A DNA stretch of 64,000 nucleotides from Planctomycetota bacterium (GTDB lineage Bacteria > Planctomycetota > UBA1135 > UBA2386). The position numbers were made by a program, and so were the translations under genes. The stretch spans positions 736,001-800,000 of the forward strand of contig OZ245006.1 in the NCBI GenBank assembly GCA_965223545.1, in the 5' to 3' direction. Shown piece by piece: positions 59,187-64,000 of this stretch; the first letter of the stretch is position 1, and the number at the start of each line of letters is the position of its first letter. A model generated the notes under the pieces. That model saw only the letters and a program-made list of their open reading frames with translations, had not been told where the DNA came from and made no database searches.

Positions 59187-60610
59187 CGCAGCGCCGCCCA
59201 GAGCGCCGCGCGAACCTGCCGCTGGACGTCCTCGATCGGCGCATCGGCATCGATGACCGCGATGGCAGCACCGCCGAAGCGCATCCGTTGGACCGCATCG
59301 ATCCGGCGGCGGACCTCTTCCCGACTCATCTCCGGCCGGCGCGCCAGCGAGACGTCTTCGGTGACGCACAGCTTGAGCACGAGATCCGGAGGCTTCTGCT
59401 CAGCTTGGCTGTAGGCGCGCCGCTCCCACGCCGCGATTCGGCGCACCCAACCCCAGCGATGCGTCTCCCACGCGGACAGAATCGGTCCGTCGTTGAAGCC
59501 CATGATCTCGTTCTGCGGGTAGCGATCGGAGACCACGACGTGCCCCGCATCGCGCGCGCGCCAGGCGGCACGCAGCTTGCCGCGCTTCTCGTGGCTGAGC
59601 ACCAGAGCCCAGAGCACACGGGCCGCGCGCAGCGGCCACGAGCGCCGCTCGGGGGACGGCGCGGCTTCGCTCGCCGCCGTCTTCTTGGTGGTCGGCTCGG
59701 GCGCCTTTGCCGGCGCCTTCTTCCGACGCCGCAAAAGGCGCAGCACCCAGACCATCGGGCGACGCAGCCAGGAGCTGGGGCCGTCGCCGCTGCCCAGGTA
59801 GGCGGGCTCGAGGCGCAGCACCGGCGCCAGCCATTGCTGCAGCGCCTCCACGGTCGTCGATTTGCCCGCGCCATCACAGCCGAGCAGCGCAATAAGCCGG
59901 CCCGCACCGGCCATCGGCACCGGCAACGCGGACGTCGCAGGCGCGCCCGGTGCCCTCGGCAAAGCTGAGGTGGTCGGCGCGGCGGCGCGGAGCCAGGTCG
60001 CCAGGGCCGCCGCCCCCGCGCCACCGTCGACAAGCGCGGCCACGGCGGCGCCACACGCCGCGCCACCCCACGTGGTCATTCGACTTGCGACCTCCTCTGC
60101 CTCGACCCCCGGCGCGAGCGCCGCCAGCTTCGCGCGCAGCTGCGCCGCGGCTTGCTCATCGGTGCCAGCTTCGACCGCCCAGCGCAGCGCGGTCAGCGCG
60201 AACACGCTCGCCAATGGTAGCACCCCACGGTCGACTGCTTCGCGCAACGCGCCGGCGTTGGGTAGCTCGTACGCAGTGGATCCCACCGCGTAGCGCAGCC
60301 CCTCCGCGACGGTGACCACAGTCGGCAGTTCGCCTTCGCTCCAGTGGGCGAGGCTCACACCGCACAAGCCAGCAGCGATGCCGCGGAGCTCGATCGCGCC
60401 AACCGCGCGCAGTGCATCCACCGCGCTGCCGCGAGCCGATCCTTCGATCAGCACAGCGAGCCGCGGCACGCCGTCGCCGAGCACGCCGTCCTCCCACACG
60501 GTCGCCGGGACCCCGGCCGCGGCCAATGCATCGATCACCGCCCCCCATCGCTCTTCCACAGCGTCCTCGCCGGCCACCGCGACCGCCGTTAGTCGTCCCG
60601 CCGCAGCCAT
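59183..60610 (-). CDS. Thymidylate-kinase-like protein with a degenerate nucleotidyltransferase-like N-domain
   Basis: IALLGCDGAGKSTT, YLGSGDG, VVSDRYPQ, PDLVLKL, IDAD. Confidence 0.7.
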   Translation of the reverse strand: MAAAGRLTAVAVAGEDAVEERWGAVIDALAAAGVPATVWEDGVLGDGVPRLAVLIEGSARGSAVDALRAVGAIELRGIAAGLCGVSLAHWSEGELPTVVTVAEGLRYAVGSTAYELPNAGALREAVDRGVLPLASVFALTALRWAVEAGTDEQAAAQLRAKLAALAPGVEAEEVASRMTTWGGAACGAAVAALVDGGAGAAALATWLRAAAPTTSALPRAPGAPATSALPVPMAGAGRLIALLGCDGAGKSTTVEALQQWLAPVLRLEPAYLGSGDGPSSWLRRPMVWVLRLLRRRKKAPAKAPEPTTKKTAASEAAPSPERRSWPLRAARVLWALVLSHEKRGKLRAAWRARDAGHVVVSDRYPQNEIMGFNDGPILSAWETHRWGWVRRIAAWERRAYSQAEQKPPDLVLKLCVTEDVSLARRPEMSREEVRRRIDAVQRMRFGGAAIAVIDADAPIEDVQRQVRAALWAALR

Positions 60611-61545
60611 GCGACGAACCGCTCGATGCCCTCGTCGAATCCCACCGCCGGCGCGAAACCGAGGGCCGTGCGCGCGGCGTCGGTCTGCGCCCAGGTGCGG
60701 GTGACGTCACCGACCTGCCGCGGCTGCCAGTCGACCACGGCCTCGACCTCGAGCGCGCGCTCCAGCGTCTCGATCATCTCTTTGACCGAAACCACGCGCC
60801 CGCCGCCGAAGTTGAGAATGGCGAAGCCGAGCGGATGGTCCGCGGCACGGGTCAGGCCCTCGACGAGATCGTCGACGTAGGTGAAGTCGCGCACCGCCGA
60901 ACCGTCGCCGAACACCGGGATCGGCGTGCCGGCGCGCATCCGATCGGCAAACTTGCGGATCGCCAGGTCGGGCCGCTGCCGCGGGCCGTACGCGGTGAAG
61001 ATCCGGATGCAGGACACCGACAGGCCGTGCGCGTGGTGGAAGGTGTGGGCCACCAACTCGCCGGCGCGCTTGGTCGCCGCGTACGGCGACACCGGCCGCT
61101 CGACCGGGTCGGTTTCGCAGAACGGCCCGTCCTCGCGCTCGCCGTACACCGACGACGACGAGGCGAACACGAACTGCGGCTTGCCGAACTTGGCCGCGGC
61201 CTCGAGCAGCACCGAGGTGCCGTGCACGTTGACCGAGGCGTACTCCGCGGGGCGCTCCAAGCTGGGCCGCACCCCGGCCAGGGCGGCGAGGTGCACGACG
61301 GCGTCGAACTTGCCGGCCTCGAACACACGGTCGACGACTGCCGCGTCGCGGATGTCGCCCCGGACCAGCGAAAACGCGGGGTTCTGGTTGGCGCGCTCCA
61401 GGTTGCGCAGCTTCTGCGCCTCGGGGTAGTAGGGGTCGAAGTTGTCGAGACCGACGACGGTCCGTCCTTCGGACAGCAGCCGCTCGGTCAACGTCGAGCC
61501 AATGAAGCCGGCGGCGCCGGTGACCAGCACTCGTTTCGCGCTCAT
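60589..61545 (-). CDS. UDP-glucuronate 4-epimerase-like NAD-dependent epimerase
   Basis: TGAAGFIG, HLAALAGVRPSL, SSSSVYG, YAATK, YGPRQRPDLA. Confidence 0.9.
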   Translation of the reverse strand: MSAKRVLVTGAAGFIGSTLTERLLSEGRTVVGLDNFDPYYPEAQKLRNLERANQNPAFSLVRGDIRDAAVVDRVFEAGKFDAVVHLAALAGVRPSLERPAEYASVNVHGTSVLLEAAAKFGKPQFVFASSSSVYGEREDGPFCETDPVERPVSPYAATKRAGELVAHTFHHAHGLSVSCIRIFTAYGPRQRPDLAIRKFADRMRAGTPIPVFGDGSAVRDFTYVDDLVEGLTRAADHPLGFAILNFGGGRVVSVKEMIETLERALEVEAVVDWQPRQVGDVTRTWAQTDAARTALGFAPAVGFDEGIERFVAWLRRDD

Positions 61546-62255
61546 GCTCTGCACTCCCGCCCGGCCGTGACGGCCGCGATCGTCTCACTCTCGATCCACC
61601 CCGCTTGCCGCGCCCACTCGAGCTCGGGCGGCAGCGGAAACTGGCGCCGGCCGGCGGCGACCGCGGCGATGACCGCCCCGGTGCGTGCGATGACCGCCAG
61701 GTCGTAGCCGAACGAGGCGCGCGCCAGGTAGGCGCGCTCGATAGCCATCTTGAGCGGCAGCAGCCGCTCGACGTAGGCCGTTTCGGGGTCCTCGCCGCTG
61801 AGCAAGGCATCCCCGTGCGTGTAGTTGAAGATGCTGCCCGGGCTGGCCAAACCCGGCCGCACCGCCAGGGTCGCGCGATAGTCCACGGTGTAGTGCCGCT
61901 CGACGATCGCCGGATCCTCGGGCCGCGGCCCGACCAGCGTCATCGCACCGCGCAACACGTCCCACAGCTGCGGCAGCTCGTCGACCTTGGTCGTGCGCAG
62001 CAGCCGTCCGACCGCGAACACCCGCGGGTCGCGCGCGCCGGTGATCACGCTGCCGCGCGCGCCGGGGCTGGTGACGTGCATGGTGCGGAACTTGTGCATG
62101 GTGAACGGCGCTCCGCCGCGCCCGACGCGCTGCGCCCGATAGAGCACCGGGCCGCGACTGCTGAGCGCGACGCCGAGCGCCGCGACCAGGAGGAGCGGCG
62201 ACAAGGCGATCAGCAAGACCGCCGATGCCAGCATGTCAAACGCCCGCTTGGCCAT
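61542..62255 (-). CDS. Priming phosphoglycosyl transferase (small PglC/WbaP-type)
   Basis: KRAFD, KFRTM, DPRV..VG, DELPQLW.VL.G.M.LVGPRPE, RPG. Confidence 0.92.
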   Translation of the reverse strand: MAKRAFDMLASAVLLIALSPLLLVAALGVALSSRGPVLYRAQRVGRGGAPFTMHKFRTMHVTSPGARGSVITGARDPRVFAVGRLLRTTKVDELPQLWDVLRGAMTLVGPRPEDPAIVERHYTVDYRATLAVRPGLASPGSIFNYTHGDALLSGEDPETAYVERLLPLKMAIERAYLARASFGYDLAVIARTGAVIAAVAAGRRQFPLPPELEWARQAGWIESETIAAVTAGRECRA

Positions 62256-62916
62256 TGCGCCGGATCCTGCGCACCGTCATGAACACTTCCGCAGCGTCGA
62301 GACAGCACTGGTTGCCCCACGCCTTGGCCTTGTGGGTGAGCGCCTCGAGCGAGCGCGGGTGCGGATAGTCGCGCAGCTCGCTCTCGTAGCAGCGCATCGC
62401 GGCGAGCTTCTTGTCGAGCACCGAGGAGATGTCGATCCACGTGTCGGGCGCGAAGCTGCGCGGGTACGCCCATTCGGTACTGCTGGCGGTGTCGAACGCG
62501 TACACCGCCTCGATGCAGGGCTCGGTCGGCCGTGCCGCCACCAAGATCGCCTTGAACAACAGCTCGTGGTCGCGGTTGATGTCGCCACCGTACTGGCAGT
62601 ACACGACACGCGGCTGCAGCTCGCGGACGATCGCCTCGATCGGCGTGATCACGTCGGTGAGGGTGAGCGTGTCCAGGTGCTGGTCGGGAAAGCGCAAGAA
62701 GCGCACGTCGCGGACCCCGAGCACGTCGGCGGCGGCGCGGGCGTGCTGCTCGAGACCGACCTCCGCCTCCGAGTAGCGCAGGGACTCGCCCTCGCAGGCG
62801 ATCACACTGGTCACCACGTCGCCCTGCGCGGCGTGCAGGGCGGCGGTCCCCGCACACCCCAGCAGCTCGTCGTCGGGGTGCGCGGCGAGGATCAGGACGT
62901 TGGCGGGCTCACTCAT
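62236..62916 (-). CDS. PIG-L/LmbE family deacetylase (or deformylase)
   Basis: AAHPDDELLG, FPDQ, DINRDH, KLAAMRCY.SE, HPRS, AEVF. Confidence 0.88.
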   Translation of the reverse strand: MSEPANVLILAAHPDDELLGCAGTAALHAAQGDVVTSVIACEGESLRYSEAEVGLEQHARAAADVLGVRDVRFLRFPDQHLDTLTLTDVITPIEAIVRELQPRVVYCQYGGDINRDHELLFKAILVAARPTEPCIEAVYAFDTASSTEWAYPRSFAPDTWIDISSVLDKKLAAMRCYESELRDYPHPRSLEALTHKAKAWGNQCCLDAAEVFMTVRRIRRNGQAGV

Positions 62917-63859
62917 CGGCGAACACCTTGCCCTCCCAAGGGAGGGCGCACAACTCCGGTCCCCGGGTTACCGCGCCGCTCTCGTCCTCGACCTCCAACA
63001 CCGCGAGCACGCCCTCGCCGGTGGCGACCAGCCAGCCGCAGGCCGCCGGCTCCGGGCTGACCACCGGCCCGAGCACGGTGCCCGGCGCGCCCCAGTCGCG
63101 GCCGGCGGGCGGCAGCAGCGCGGCTTGCCACACGGTGTAGCGCTGGCCTTCGATGAAGGAGAACGCCCCGGGGTAGGGCCGGGTCAGGCCGCGCACCATG
63201 TCGTAGACCGCGCGCGCGGACTGCTGCCAGTCGAGCAGGCCGTCGGCCGGCCGCCGCCGCGGCAGAATGGGCTCGTCGGTGTGCTGCTGCGGCCGGCCGC
63301 TCCGCTCGCCGCGCAGCAGGCGCGACCAGAGCGCCACGATCATGTCGCGGTTGGCTTCGGCGACCTTCTCGTACAGCGTGGCACAGGTGTCGAACGGCGT
63401 CACCGGGAACGAGCGGCTGTCGATGATGTCACCGCTGTCGACCCCCTCCGCCAGCCACATCAGCGTGTTGCCCGAGGTCTTCTCGCCGCGGATCAGCGTC
63501 CAGTTGATCGGCGCGCTGCCGCGGTTGTGCGGCAGCTCGGAGGCGTGCGCACCGATCAGCCCCACCCGGATCAAGTCCATCGCCGGCTTGCGCACGATCT
63601 GGCTCCAACCGATCACGAACAGGACGTCGAGCTGCTGCTCTTCGAGCAGCGCGAGCGCGGCCTCGTCGTTGATGTTGCGCACCGTGTGGGGCTCGATGCC
63701 GAACTCGGCACACAGCGCCGGGTAGTCGGCGACGCCGCTGCGCTTTCCCGCCAGCTCGGGGTCCAGCGTGATGACGCACGCGACGTCCTCACCGGCCGCG
63801 AGCAACGCCCGCAACGCCGGAATGCCCTCGACGTGGAATCCGAGCCAACCGATCCGCAT
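62909..63859 (-). CDS. N10-formyl-THF-dependent formyltransferase (Fmt/ArnA-N-like, probably sugar-acting)
   Basis: IGWSQI, HASELP.NRG.APINW, GVDSGDI, RGLTRPYPGAF; GAGG RBS. Confidence 0.88.
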   Translation of the reverse strand: MRIGWLGFHVEGIPALRALLAAGEDVACVITLDPELAGKRSGVADYPALCAEFGIEPHTVRNINDEAALALLEEQQLDVLFVIGWSQIVRKPAMDLIRVGLIGAHASELPHNRGSAPINWTLIRGEKTSGNTLMWLAEGVDSGDIIDSRSFPVTPFDTCATLYEKVAEANRDMIVALWSRLLRGERSGRPQQHTDEPILPRRRPADGLLDWQQSARAVYDMVRGLTRPYPGAFSFIEGQRYTVWQAALLPPAGRDWGAPGTVLGPVVSPEPAACGWLVATGEGVLAVLEVEDESGAVTRGPELCALPWEGKVFADE

Positions 63860-64000
63860 ACCTCTACTCGTCTACCTGCCGCGCTCTCTTGGTCCCCCTT
63901 GTTTCGTCGGCGCCGACGACCCGGCAACCGTAACCCGAACCGGCATCCGCCGATCTCGAAATCGCCCCCCGCCGCCGCCCGCCCCTTGTGATGGAGCTCC

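Overview
Very GC-rich bacterial window with about 53 tightly packed CDSs. It looks like an uncultured Planctomycetota-type genome, which is an inference from the secretin-like, Ig/beta-propeller lipoprotein and LamG-phosphoesterase families. Housekeeping genes are rsmG, hisS, nadD, mutL, holA, a menG/ubiE-type methyltransferase, ruvB and tgt. Cell-envelope genes include a WecA-like transferase, a DprE1/DprE2-like pair and two GT-C-type membrane proteins. A Wzx/Wzy polysaccharide locus occupies about 46.5-63.9 kb. I saw no rRNA, tRNA, CRISPR array or transposase. The most notable observations are: (1) two paralogous nucleotidyltransferase+P-loop-kinase proteins in the polysaccharide locus that have lost opposite active sites, plus a third kinase; (2) an operon of two Tat-signal Gfo/Idh/MocA proteins (one with EKP changed to EAP), a signal-less ApbE and a membrane CxxCH protein; (3) two adjacent amino-acid transporters each carrying a large inserted soluble domain (a WD40 propeller and an xLP-repeat domain); (4) a perfect 131-bp palindrome built from REP-like units between convergent genes. 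All calls come from motif recognition by eye, and many start codons were re-picked from the ORF track.
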